From positions 1,674,001 to 1,738,000 of the forward strand of contig OZ218955.1 of the NCBI GenBank assembly GCA_965112735.1: 64,000 bases of DNA, written 5' to 3'. Shown here in pieces: positions 24,164 to 41,191 of this stretch; position 1 is the first letter of the stretch; every line of letters begins with the position of its first letter. The notes under the pieces are model-generated. The model was not told where the DNA came from, ran no database searches, and saw only the letters and a list, made by a program, of their open reading frames with translations. A program made the translations under genes and the position numbers. Source of the DNA: Phaeosaccion multiseriatum. Lineage: Eukaryota > Protista > Ochrophyta, other classes.

Positions 24164-26503
24164 CTGGGCAGGGAGCTGAGCCTAGAAGGGCAAACGGTAT
24201 GCTTGCGAGTGGAGGGCGTGCAGGTGCACGGCAGCATTGGAGCTTGTGCACTTCACTCAGGCCGTGTAGGACACGCCACGCGGCCCTCGGAGCCACTCGC
24301 ACACTGCCATAATCACTGATGAAGCAGGTTCACACCGTCGATAGCCAAGGTCTTCCCGACACCACAGTCTCTTGGTCGATCGCGCGCAAGCTCCAGCAGA
24401 AAAGAAGTAAGGAAGGGCACAAAAAATACTTGTGCATATAGAGCATGTAGATAGATTTAAAGAGTTATGTAAATACTGTTCCATCTTGAGCTACTCACTG
24501 CGCAGCAGCACACGTTATCCGTGCTTGCTGGCAGAGGAGGGGTGGTGAACTCGCTTGTCGTGCGGTTTCCGCCATGCTGCTGTCCATTTTGCTGAGTCTG
24601 TTGTTCTCTGCTTAGCTACGGGGAGGAGGGGCAGGCCATGTCGGTCTACACGACTCTGACGCCCTTGACGAAGCAAAGCAGCCCAGCACCCGTAGCCCTG
24701 GCACACAGACGCGTCCTCCGTGGTGGTGCCCCCGAGAGAGCATATCGTGTGGTGGAGGTGGGACAGGCTCAATTACGTATTATTAGGTAGGCAGGACAGT
24801 AAGTCAATGATGTAGGGACGCGGCCTTTTGGGGCCTGGTTGGCCCCTCCGCACTCCTGAACCCGTAAAGACCAATTGGATTGCTTCCTTAAACAAGGGAG
24901 CTGTCCAGGGTCTTAGGGTGGGAAAGCCCTAGTCATTAATACACTTGGTGCCAGCCTTGGACTCTTCTCTCTCCCTCTTGGGCCCGGAACGGAGCGCTCA
25001 GCTTGGGGGTGCCTTCCTCCTCATAATAGAGGGAGGTACCGGCCCCACAATCGTACGACACCCCCATGCAGGCACACAAGGGAAACTCCGCGGCTGGCGA
25101 GTTGGGGGAGGTCTGTGACTGATGTTCTGCTGGTTGGGCACCCTCACAGCTGCAGCAATCTGCAAAGGAATGCAAAGCCCTCGTCACGAAATGCGATTCC
25201 TCCACACCGTTCCCCTCCTCCTCGATATGTCGCGAAGCAGGCTGGAAGCCCCTCTTCCCCCTGAAGATGAAGCAGCGGGATCCACCCCACTGCAGGCAGT
25301 GTCCTCTATGAGGGTCTTCCTGAAGTGGGTGAGGTAATCCTTCGCCCGGAGGAGCAGCTTGAGCAGTGGTCTTGGGCGTAGCCCCCTCTCTCATCCATGC
25401 CGACTCTTCCCAAAGACACACGATCCTCAAACACACAAAGCTCTCAACGGTAGATGCATTCAAAAGCACATGACGCCGCACGGCCAGGCAGCTTTGCCAC
25501 CCGCTGGATCCGCATCCACCCCCAGTCAATTTTTTTTCTCATTTCCTTTCTCTCGCTACCTTCCCCTTTCTTTCTCTCTTCCTTACTTACTCACAGACGG
25601 AGCCAGTCAATAGCGCCTCGCGCGAGAGTCGCTCGCCCTGTACCATTGGCCACAGCAGTTCGGCTGGTGGTGAGGAAGCTAAAGGCAAGCACAAATGAAG
25701 GAGCACAACAACAACAACATCTTGTTGCTGTTCTCGCAACAAGCGACAACGCAAGACAAAGGAGAGGGGGGGAGGGTTAAGAGGAGGAGGTGGACGAGTT
25801 TGGAGGCAGGTGCAGCAGCTTGCAGTGAGTGGCAGTGGATTGATTGTGAGCTCTCTCCCTACCCTCCTCGCATGCATTCAAATCGCGCTTAGCTACACAG
25901 AACACAAAATCTTTGAGTTTTCCTTTCGGAATGAGAAAGAGAGCACGACAGAGAGCTGCCTTGAGCAAAGTTGTGCGTGGAGCATCTTAGGGGTCTCGCC
26001 ACCCTCATCCTTCCCTCCTCCCCCCCCCTTCTCCTCTCCTCCTCCTCGTCTCTCCTCCTTTCGCGCTCCCCCCCCCTCCCGCCCCAGCAGGTACCCGGCG
26101 TTACAAAACGTACCCCGTACCCCCTGGGGAGACGATCCGAAGACGGCTGATTGCTCACGTTTCCTATGTGTGTCCACACCCTGCTTGTAGGCATGCCAGA
26201 GAGAGAGAGAGAGAGAGGTGATGAGATAGGGGAGATTGTAGTGGCATGAGCTGATGGAGGCTGCTGTAGTCGAACTTGATTCTACACACAGTAGCCCTTG
26301 AACAGCCAAAGGTTTTGTCCCCTTTGAAGTCCGAAGAGGCCAGAGCAGTATGGTCGGGAGATAAGGAGGCGAAGCCGTGAGAATTTAATCTAAGGCAAGG
26401 CGAGGCGACAGCGGCAGGCTGCAGCAACAGAGAAGCAGCAGCAGCGAGAGGAACTAATCCGCACGAGAGAAGAGGCAGCAGCGGCAGGAATTTCATCTGC
26501 ACC

Positions 26504-27310
26504 GTGGTCTCTGCGGAGGGCGAGGGGTCGGGGCAACGGGGGCCGGGCAAGAACAAAGGACAAATGGGAAAGAGTACGAAGATGACGGTGGGTCGCCGTG
26601 AAGACTTGAGTGTCCCGGTGAATCTGATATCGTCTACGGGATGGAAAACGACAGAATCAGAGAAGGAAATAGAAGGAGGGCCTGACGGCCTTGGCAGCTG
26701 GAGGATAAACCTCCATGCAGGTTTGGAGCTCCAGCCCAGTGAATTTGACCGCCTGCCCAACAGCGAAACCAAAGGTGTTGATCCCAATGACCCCGATAGG
26801 GTAGCGGCCCTAATCAAAGAGCAAAAGATTCAAAAGAAGAAGGAGGGGGGCTTCCGATTCATTGGTCTTGACGAAGAAATTGGTGCGACGGAGGAGGGAA
26901 GGACGGAGGACAAAGCTGAGACCTTGGGCGGGCTGGGGGACAACAAATGCTCTGACTCTGGTGCTCCGGACGGAGTAGGAGAGGCTGACTCAAAGCAAAA
27001 AAGAAGAATTACTCCTTCTGTCTTGCCGGACCCAGATTCAGTTGACGGCCTTTTCAACTTGCTGGAGTGTGACTCGCGAAAGACCCCGGTGCCTCCAATG
27101 CCTGGCCCAGATTCAGTGGCAGGGTTGCTCCTCCAGCAAAGGATCCACATGGGGGACGAGGGAGGCTTCCTGTTTGTGAGCACCCCCACGGGAACGGGAC
27201 GTGCGAGCACTGACATCAGCGATAGTGCTCTGTCCCCACAAGGAGCGGCATCCTCCACCTCGACGGACATCGAGCCTGACCACTCCTCGACAGGAGGGGA
27301 GCTCTCATGA
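26504..27310 (+). CDS. Hypothetical ORF or gene fragment, no recognisable domain
   Basis: 268-codon ORF in non-repetitive sequence, followed by stops in all frames and further exon-like fragments up to ~28669. May be part of a decayed gene. Confidence 0.25.
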   Translation: MVSAEGEGSGQRGPGKNKGQMGKSTKMTVGRREDLSVPVNLISSTGWKTTESEKEIEGGPDGLGSWRINLHAGLELQPSEFDRLPNSETKGVDPNDPDRVAALIKEQKIQKKKEGGFRFIGLDEEIGATEEGRTEDKAETLGGLGDNKCSDSGAPDGVGEADSKQKRRITPSVLPDPDSVDGLFNLLECDSRKTPVPPMPGPDSVAGLLLQQRIHMGDEGGFLFVSTPTGTGRASTDISDSALSPQGAASSTSTDIEPDHSSTGGELS

Positions 27311-28730
27311 CCTCAATCGTCTCCCACCAAGTCCGATGAGGCTTTGAATGGGGCTTGAAGAGGCGAACCAACAAGCTCTTGCACGCTCAGAACCATATAC
27401 CTCATGCATGGTCGGGTTGCCTGCAGTTGGAGTGAGAAGAGCAGGGGGGAAGAAGAGGGCTCACGCGCCCCCCCTGTGCGTATACATGGGACGGTGTGAC
27501 ACAGTGATTGCGCTCTCTTCCGTCTGGGGCCCATCACGAGCTCCTTGACGTGACGACCCGTCAACCCGCGGCTTCTCGCCCGCTTCATCATTGGCCGCAG
27601 CGGCATCAGCAGCAGTAGCAGTAGCAGCAGCAGTAGCACCAGCCCAGGGGAGAAACACATACATACGAGAGGTGAGTGTGCGAGTGCCATGGCACTATAT
27701 CAGGATAGGTGGGGTGGGTTCACGGGCCCCATCCAGGGGGGCCCAATGTCTGAGGGAGGTGAGGGACGGGTGTCGTCATATGCTTGTCTACTCCCTCCCT
27801 CTCTTTCTCTCTCTCATGTGTATATATACATACCTCCCCTCCTCCCCTCCTGCCCTCTCCCTCTCACCCCCTGCCCCCATCCCCTCTTTCTCTCTCTCCC
27901 TCTCTCCCCTCTTCCCCTCCTCCCGGCATCCCCCCCCCCCCCTCTCTCATGCCCGGTGTGTGCCTCTGCGTGACCACATCACAGCGGCACATCACGTGAC
28001 TCTCCAGTTGCGCTCTTTCTGCAGTTTGGTTGGGTTCGTCGCACCTTGGGCACAGCACTCCTGAGGAGGTTTGGGTTCATTGCACATTGGGTTCCATCCG
28101 CCTGAACTTGAGGCAAGGGGTGGTGCAGCCCCGTCAAAAGACACGACACACCATCACGTGCTGCGCCTTGGAGCAAGCGTGACTTCCGCGCAGCAACGTC
28201 TTGCGAGTCGAGTACGTACACGTACGTACATACTTACGTACTTGCGTACTACAGGAGGTGGGCGACGGCGGACGGGCGACATTCTCGCTGGCCTCGTTCA
28301 GTGGGGGGGGGGGGGTCAGTGGGGACAGAGGACGGGCTGCTTTGGAGTACGCTTCGAACAAGTCGAACAAGAGAGGGACAGGACGAAGAGAAGGACGAGC
28401 AAGACAGACACGCATTCCACCGCCTTTTTATGGGGACTCCGTGGAAGGCCGTTGGCCTCGAATTTCATTCCGTGAAGAAGCAAGACCAAAAGGGACGACA
28501 GCGATGGACGTGTGCCCATCTGAGAGAGGAGATGCGCCCGTGTGTGTGCCTCGTTCGGAATGAAGGGACCGCCCGCTTCCTGGCCCTAAGTTACCCGCAG
28601 GGTGTTCTGTGTGGTGCCGGGCATTTCTTACTGTTGTTGGATACGCCTCCTCCCCCTCTTTTGTACTGATTACTGCTTGTTCGAGGCCTTAACATTTTCG
28701 AGGGGTGTTTGCTGTGGTGGTTCACAGAGC

Positions 28731-28731
<1 letters not shown>

Positions 28732-28788
<57 letters not shown>
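28732..28788. repeat. (GA)n microsatellite upstream of SERF
   Basis: Direct reading of the sequence. Confidence 0.9.
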
Positions 28789-28790
<2 letters not shown>

Positions 28791-29027
28791 CGTGCCTCAA
28801 TTGGCGGAACGTGGGAGGTTTTGATTTACGACCTCGCATCTCGAATGAAATCGTAAGCAACAAAAAATGGGGAAACTGAAACTGTGTCTATCGGCCTCGC
28901 CTTCAGGCCTTCACCCTTCACTTTTTCCCCCTTCACTCACCCACGCCTCTCTCTCTCTATATATATATCCCTCTTAATCTATCCCTCTCTACGTCTCACT
29001 CTCTTTCTCTCTCTCTCTGAAGTAGCT

Positions 29028-29586
29028 ATGGCGCGAGGAGATCAGCGGGACCGGGATCGCCAAAAGCGGCAGGACAAGGACGCGGCCAAATCAGCGGGGA
29101 AGAGAGAGGGCAACCCGCAAGCCAGGAGAGAAGCGTGAGTTGCGCATTGTTGCTGCTTCGGATCTTCTTGATTAGAAAGCATGCTATTGTCTTTGATTTG
29201 AACATCATCTGGCTGTGAGTTAATGGCAAAAAACCCGTCCTCTTCTGGCGTCCCTCCCCACCAGCGACGGCAAGGCCTTGGAGGAAAAGATCAAGAGAAA
29301 GGCAGCAGCAGCGGCGGCGGCAGCGGCGGCGGGCGGAGGTACACTGAGACTGTCTTGCCCCTTTTTTTCTCTTTGAGTTGTTTTTTTATCTGGTCTATGG
29401 GGGGTGGGGGGAGGGTAGTGTACGTGTACAAGGCGCCGTTTACTTTGAAGTGCTGGGTGGGTCCTGGCGCTTCCTTGCTTCGTCCCGACCTACCTACCTT
29501 CCCCTCACCTCCGCTGCATTTTTTTGCTGCATTTGTTGTCTCTCCCTCTCTCGGCAGCATCAGCTGGAGGCGGCAAGAAGAAGTAG
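29028..29586 (+). CDS. SERF: Small EDRK-rich factor (SERF/4F5 family), 3 exons, about 70 aa
   Basis: Exons 29028-29134, 29265-29338, 29558-29586 give MARGDQRDRDRQKRQDKDAAKSAGKREGNPQARREADGKALEEKIKRKAAAA...GGGKKK*. This matches the SERF N-terminal MARGNQR motif and the later 'D...M.EK' motif. Confidence 0.88.
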
Positions 29587-30200
29587 CCTCTCGTCAGCGG
29601 AATCGGATGGACAGCAGAAGTGGAGCACAGCAGCAGACAGTAGAAAGAGGCTGCAACACAGAAGCAGACAGTAGAAAAGAGGGCTGCAACCACATCACAC
29701 GCACCCACGCACTCACACACACGCATACACACACACACACCACAATTTTGCACGATCGAGTATCGTTACTATCAATCTCCCCGAGTGTTCTTTCGCCTTT
29801 GCCTCACAGGGGCATATCCCAATCCCAACTCCATCCTCCGCTTTGAATCAACATGAAGAATGAGATACAGATACCCAACAAGCATGGGACCGATACCCAA
29901 CACGCTTAACAAGCATGGGATCTTTCCCTTTTTCATGTAAGAAGTAAATCGTCCCCTTGTAGTATTCGTATGCCCCCTTTTGCAGCCAAAGGGGGGGGGC
30001 ATCATCGACCCAGGAGGCGGGCTAGATAAGGCTAGATAAGGCTAGATAAGGCTGCCTGTCGCCTATCAAGCTACTGCAGCAGCAAACCCAACAACAGCAG
30101 CACCACTACCACCACCACCACCACCACCACCAGCAGCAGCAGCAGCAGCAGCAGCAAACTCTCTCAGTCGCGTCCTCCTATCCCTGCCCCTCAAAAGCCC

Positions 30201-35458
<5,258 letters not shown>

Positions 35459-35610
35459 TCCTGCTGCTGCTTTCGTCTCTCTGCGGCCTCACTCACCACA
35501 GCAAGAAGGCCGGATTCCAACACGCCACCCGAAGCCAACTGTTAGTCGGGAAGAGGAGGGCAGCGCGCGCCTTCATTAATTAACACACAATCTAGCTACT
35601 GAGGACGGTC
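35459..35610. promoter_or_regulatory. Very compact bidirectional promoter (KRI1 / TPI-SMP30 fusion)
   Basis: 152 bp between divergent ATGs, with an AT-rich ATTAATTAA element at ~35575. Confidence 0.5.
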
Positions 35611-37015
35611 ATGAGTTCATTAATAGATGGAAGTTGCAACAGCAGCAGCGGTAGTCGCAGCACTGCTGGGAAGAGTCCATTACCCCTGCCCTCCCGGACA
35701 ACGTTGCCAAAGCTCATCGTAGGGAATTGGAAGCCCAGTCCTTCCAGTGAGCCACAGGCGAAGGCACTGGCTGCTCTGCTTGCAGCAAGCGATGTAGCCG
35801 ATCGAAGGATCAGGTAATTTCAGCATCATGTGGCGCCCCTACTGTTGGAGCTTAAAGCGCTTCACTTACAAGCTGTCTCTCTCTTTATAGGGGTGAAGGA
35901 GCAGCGGCTGCTGACGTATTGGTCTTCGCTCCTTCCATGCTACTTCCTGCGATGAAGAGGGAATTGGACGGAACTGCAGGTAGGCTACACGATGCTCTCA
36001 ATCGGGACATGCATAAACACGACGACCCAAAAGCTCTCTCCAACATAAAATGACACAGCTCCTAAGGCACTTCCTTACGACCAGTTCCCAAATCTGATCT
36101 GCTTGCCCGCATGTCCGAATACGAATGCCTCACCTTCTCTCCTCCCCTCCCCGAGCAGTCCAACTTGGCGCCCAAGACGGGCCATCTGAAACCGGGGGGG
36201 GGGGGGGCACTGCTGACTACCCGTACGTCATGGTCGGCCACAGCGAGAGCAGGACGGAGCTCGGTAAGGACGGCTTCACCGAACTTTGTCCTTTGTCTTG
36301 TTGTGTTGTTATGCAGGGGTTACGAAGGGCTGATAGCCTGACGTGGGTGTGTGATGTGTGCATGTTTGTGTGCCGTTTGCTTGCAGGGGATGCGGACGCA
36401 CACGTCCACGACAAGCTTCGAGCAGCGCTGGACGCGGGGCTGAAGGTCGTCCTGTGCGTAGGGGAGGGCAAGGAGGTGAGAGGAAGGACACAGGCATACG
36501 GGCAGATAGACAGACAGGGCATTATGGGCAGGTAGATAGACACACAGACATACGGAGGGACGGACGTACTGACTGACAGACAGACAGACAGACAGACAGA
36601 GAGACGCACGAGGGGACACTTTCCCTTCGCTCACTTCACGCACATCCCCGCCTCCTCCTGCCCCCCTTGTCGCCCCCCCCCCCTCTCCTGCTCCTCGATG
36701 AAGGAGTACAAGGACCATCAGACAGAGTCAGTCTGCGCCCTTCAACTCGGTAAGGGAGTAGCAGCAGAATCCGTAGCACTTGACGACAAATCAGTAGCAG
36801 TTGATGATACAGCAGTACCAGTACCGGCAGAAGCAGCCGCAGTAGCAGTTGGTGATAACAGCAGTAGCAGTAGCAGTAGCAGCAGCAGCAGGGTATACAT
36901 AGACCGCATCCCCTCTGTGCCCCCTTACCCCTCCCCCCCTCTACGCCACCAATGCTTTCTCCCCCCCTCCCCACCCCTGCTCTGCTCTTGGCAATCCCTC
37001 TCCCTTCTCTCCTAT

Positions 37016-37059
<44 letters not shown>

Positions 37060-37728
37060 TTCCATTCTCTCCCTCTCTCTCTCTCCCTCTCTCTCTCACT
37101 CTGTCTTTGTTCCATTCCTGCTCTGCTCTCATCAGGGGCGGCGCTGCAAGGCGTGAGCGCCTCTGAGGTTTCTGCGTCCGTGACGATTGCCTATGAGCCG
37201 GTATGGGCCATGGGTGGGCCTGGCCCTGGCGCTACCCCGGCCATTGCTCAGTTCACACACGCCTGTATTCGGCGCTGGCTGAGTAGCGAGTGAGTGGACC
37301 TCGGTCTCACCTCACCTCGCCTCACCTCCCCTCCCCTCTCTTCCTCACTTCACTTTACCTCACCTGTCTCTTCTTCTCCTTCCACGATGTCTCCAATATA
37401 TATACATATGTATATATGTATGCATGTATCCATATCTACCCATGTACACAACAGGTACAGCGAGGAGGTGTCTCAGAGCGTGCGCCTCCTGGTGGCAGAT
37501 CCCTCCATCAGCCCATCCACCGCCGCCTCCCACCTCACTTGCCCAGACATCGACGGCCTTGTCGTCACGGGGGGCTCTCTATCGGCAGCAAGCCTCCTTC
37601 GAATCGCCAGTGCGGCCAAGGAGGGGAGGGATGGCACGCACTGTCACCCTCACTCTGGCACCTGTGGGGCGGGGGAAAGGGCACGGAAGACGAGGCTCAG
37701 GGCCATTCCGCGGTTGTGGCCCAGAAAG
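35611..37728 (+). other. TPI: Triosephosphate isomerase-like TIM-barrel domain (N-terminal half of the fusion)
   Basis: Catalytic Asn/Lys (GNWK), His (GHSE) and Glu (YEPVW) are retained. Loop motifs AIGTG, YGGS and VGGAS appear as [13 protein letters not shown] and VTGGS. Confidence 0.85.
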
Positions 37729-39700
37729 GTACGGCTTGCGCAGGGCTGCTCGATTTGGTTTGATGATTGATGATTGATGATTTGATTTGATTCGATTCGA
37801 TTCGATTTGATTCGAGATTTTGGTTTGGATTGGCATGGGTGGGGGCGGGTATGCGAGTGGTCGGGTGTGGTCGGGTGTGGTCGGGTGGGTCAGCGATGCT
37901 ATGCAGCTTCAAACGGTGTAGCACAAAAGACTACAGACTTTAGTTCGTCTCAAGGTCCCTCCCTCCCTCCCTCTCTCCCTCCCTCCCTCCCTCCCTCCCT
38001 CCCTCCCTCCCTCCCTCCCTCCCTCCCTCCCTCCCTCCCTCCCTCCCTCCCTCCCTCCCTCCCTCCCTCCCTCCCTCCCTCCCTCCCTCCCTCCCTCCCT
38101 CCCTGCCTCCCTCCCTCCCTCCCTCCCTCCCTCGCTCCACCCCTCCCTCCCTCCCTCTCTCCCTCCCTCCCTCCCTCCCTCCCTCCCTCCGTCCCTCCCT
38201 CCCTCCATCCGTCCCTCCCTCCCTCCCTCCGTCCCTCCCTCCCTCCCTCCCTCCCTCCCTCCCTCCGTCCCTCCCTCCCTCCCTCCCTCCCTCCCTCCCT
38301 CCCTCCCTGTCCTCCCTCCCTCCCTCCCTCCCTCCCTCCCTCCCTCCCTCCCTCCCTCCCTTCCCCTCTATCGCCGTGATCAGTTGGTGGCATGTCGAAA
38401 CGAGTTGGGGGAGAGCCCCATTTGGAGCAGCGAAAGGAACCTTCTCGCGTGGGTCGACATCCCGGGCAAGCAGCTTTGGGAGTTCGATGCGGGGAAGGGC
38501 ACGAGTAGGCACTTCTCCTTGCCGGAAGTGGTGGGGTGCTGCGCATTCAGGTAAGTACGTACGTAAGTGGGTAGGTGTGTTTGGGGGATGAGATGGAACT
38601 TCTTTGCTATTTCAGTTTCATTTGAAGAAATATGTACGTAGTACTTCGTATGTATTGCGTAAACATACGAGATGGTCGAGGGTGCTTTGTGTTGGTGTGT
38701 GGGAGGGGCATCCGATGATTTTCTTCGCAGCTCTACATTACTTCGATGGCTCAGTTCAAACAAAGCTTCCGCTACAGATTGTTTTAATTAACTTCTCCCT
38801 CCCTTCTTCCCTCCCTCCCTCCCCTCGCCCCCCTCCCTCCCTCCCTCCCTCCCTCCCTCCCTCCCTCCCTCCCTCCCTCCCTCCCTCCCTCCCTCCCTCC
38901 CTCCCTCCCTCTCCTCCCCTCTTTCCCGCCGCTCCTCTTAGACGAGGTGGCGGTTACATCCTCGGTCTGAAGAACGGACTCACTCGCTTCGACCCTGCCA
39001 CCGGCAACCTCGACCGAATCGGCAAGGGGAAGGGTATGATGGCCTTTGAACCAGGCCTCCCTACCCGCCCCAACGACGGCCGAGTGGCCAGTAGAGACGG
39101 CTCCCTCATCTTCGGCTCGTACAACGAGAAGCACAAGGTGGATGGAGCAAGTGTAGCTGGGCTGTACCGCTTTAAGCCCAACGGAGAGGTGCTGGAGGAG
39201 ATTTTGGAGCATCGATTTCGAGTGTCGAATTGCATCAGCTTCTCCCCGGGGGGTGACGTTATGTACTTTACGGTGAGAGAGCCTTTTTTGAGTCTCACCA
39301 TACAGCACAGGACCGCAGAGCAGAGCAAAGCAGAGGAGAGTGGAGGGGAGAGGAGGGGAGGGGGGAGGAGAGGGGGGGGGCTGGGAGGGGAGGGGTGAGG
39401 AGGGAGGGGGCGAGAGGAGAGGGGTGGCAAGGGGTGAGGAGGGAGGGGGCGGGGAGGGTTGGGGAAGGAATGGGAGGAGTGAGGCGAGAAGAGGGGGGGT
39501 AGGAAACGTCATGATTAGTGTTTATAGAAGCGAGCTGACCTTGTGCACGTGCATCTCTTACGTTCCTCTCTCCCTCTCTCTGTCTTCTTTTCTCTCTCTA
39601 CCTCTCTCTCCCTGTCTCTCTCTCTGCCTCTCTGCCACTCTCTCTCACTCTCTCTCACTCGCTCTCTCTCTCACATACACTCTCTCTGTCCCTCTCTGTC

Positions 39701-39746
<46 letters not shown>

Positions 39747-40411
39747 CTCTGCCCCCAGGACTCGCCCACGAGGCAAATCTCGGCCTTCGATTACTCGGAG
39801 GACTCTCCCGCGCTGAGCAACAGGCGCCTTGTATACGAGGTAGCCTTATCCTCCTCCTCCTCCTGCTGCTGCTGCTGCTGCATCACCAACTGCTTCTGCA
39901 CACTATCTCACCGCTACTCACTACCATGTCGCTCTCTTTCGATCGTCTCGATGCCCCTCTCCCCTCCTCAGATGCCGCCCTCGATGGAGGGTAAGGAAAG
40001 GAATGCGAGGAGCACCAGGACGTTTCAAGGAACAAGTTCACCAATGTCTTTTGATTGCTTCCCCTCTGCGCAAAGCTTCCCCCCTGCCCCCTTGCTTACC
40101 CCCCCCCCCCTCCCCATCCACTGCCATCCTCCTCCCCCCCGGGGACCCATCCATCAGGCTCCCCTGATGGGGCATGTGTGGATGCGTCTGGGCACTTATG
40201 GGTGGCCTTCCCCGGAGCAGGAGTGGTGCTCTGCATTGACCCCGAGGGCGGCGAGGTGAGAGAGTGAGAGAGAGTGAGAGAGAGTGAGAGCGTGGTGGGA
40301 GGGTGAGGGACCACTCCGGAGCACCGCCTCGGGGAGAGGAAGGGGGGGGAAGTGGGACCCCACCGGTACTGTGCTCAAACCCGACTGCACACACACTCTC
40401 TCTCTCTCTCC

Positions 40412-40455
<44 letters not shown>

Positions 40456-40962
40456 GTCTGTCTCTCTCTCTGTGTCTCTCTCTGTCTGTCTCTGTCTCTC
40501 TCTCTCTCTCCGTCTCTCTCTCTCTTTCTCTCTCTCTCTCCCTCTGCCTCTCCCTCTCTCCCTCTCTCTCTCTTGATCTTCCCCTCTCTCTCACACATAC
40601 ACGCACTCTCTCAGGTCTCTCTCTCCTCTTCCGTCTCTATCTCTCCCTCTCCCCCCCACATCGTCCCCCCCCCCCTCCACCCCTCCCTCTCACCCCCCGC
40701 CCTCCCCCCCCCCCCCTCCTCCCTGTCCTGACACCAGCTGCTGATGGAGGTTCCCGTGCCCTGCTCCATGCCCACCTCCTGCACCATCGGCGGCCCTGAG
40801 CTGAACATCCTCTTCATCACCACACGAGCTCCTGACGGGGGAGAGCTCTTCTCTGTACAGCTGCCAGATGGGGTGGTGGGGGTGTCGGAGCCGAGCGTGG
40901 GGGAGGAGGAGCCCGTTGGTGGCCATCCTTTCTCTCACGACTCCTTCCCCATCCCTTCCTAA
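35611..40962 (+). CDS. Fusion protein: divergent triosephosphate isomerase-like domain plus SMP-30/gluconolactonase (regucalcin-like) domain, 13 exons
   Basis: Exons 35611-35813, 35891-35979, 36159-36263, 36387-36475, 36704-36749, 37136-37289, 37455-37728, 38384-38550, 38942-39272, 39759-39839, 39972-39990, 40158-40255, 40738-40962 all join in frame at GT-AG sites. TPI motifs: [35 protein letters not shown]-30 motifs: [44 protein letters not shown]. Confidence 0.75.
37957..38361. repeat. About 400-bp (CCCT)n array forming the 3' part of the intron that joins the TPI and SMP-30 domains
   Basis: CCCT tandem array ending just before the CAG acceptor at 38381-38383. Confidence 0.92.
38384..40962 (+). 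other. SMP-30/gluconolactonase/LRE six-bladed beta-propeller domain (C-terminal half of the fusion)
   Basis: The Glu, Asn, Asn and Asp residues typical of the SMP-30 active site are present in LGESP, RPND, VSNC and PDG. Confidence 0.88.
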
Positions 40963-41029
40963 AAAATTGGATGTGTGAGGCTCTGGAGGGAGGGAGGAGT
41001 GGTACAGAACCTCAAGACGGATTGGGTGG

Positions 41030-41158
41030 TATTCATAACCCTTCAGGATGATATTCATAACCCTTCAGGTCATTAGACCTTAACCAATGTTGATGCCATG
41101 ATCAGTTCATTAGACCTTAACCAATGTTGATACCATGATCAGTTCATTAGACCTTAAC
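41030..41158. repeat. Short tandem duplications (18-bp direct repeat; 37-bp unit x ~2.4)
   Basis: TATTCATAACCCTTCAGG occurs twice. TCATTAGACCTTAAC... recurs at 41070, 41107 and 41144. Confidence 0.85.
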
Positions 41159-41191
41159 GAGATGAAAAACATCGATGTGAAAATGGAAAGG

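Noticed and set aside
37807-38546. PPSL/GGRE repeat proteins (also MDGW, THSL and YVCM ORFs elsewhere)
   Set aside because: Translations of intronic tetranucleotide microsatellites.
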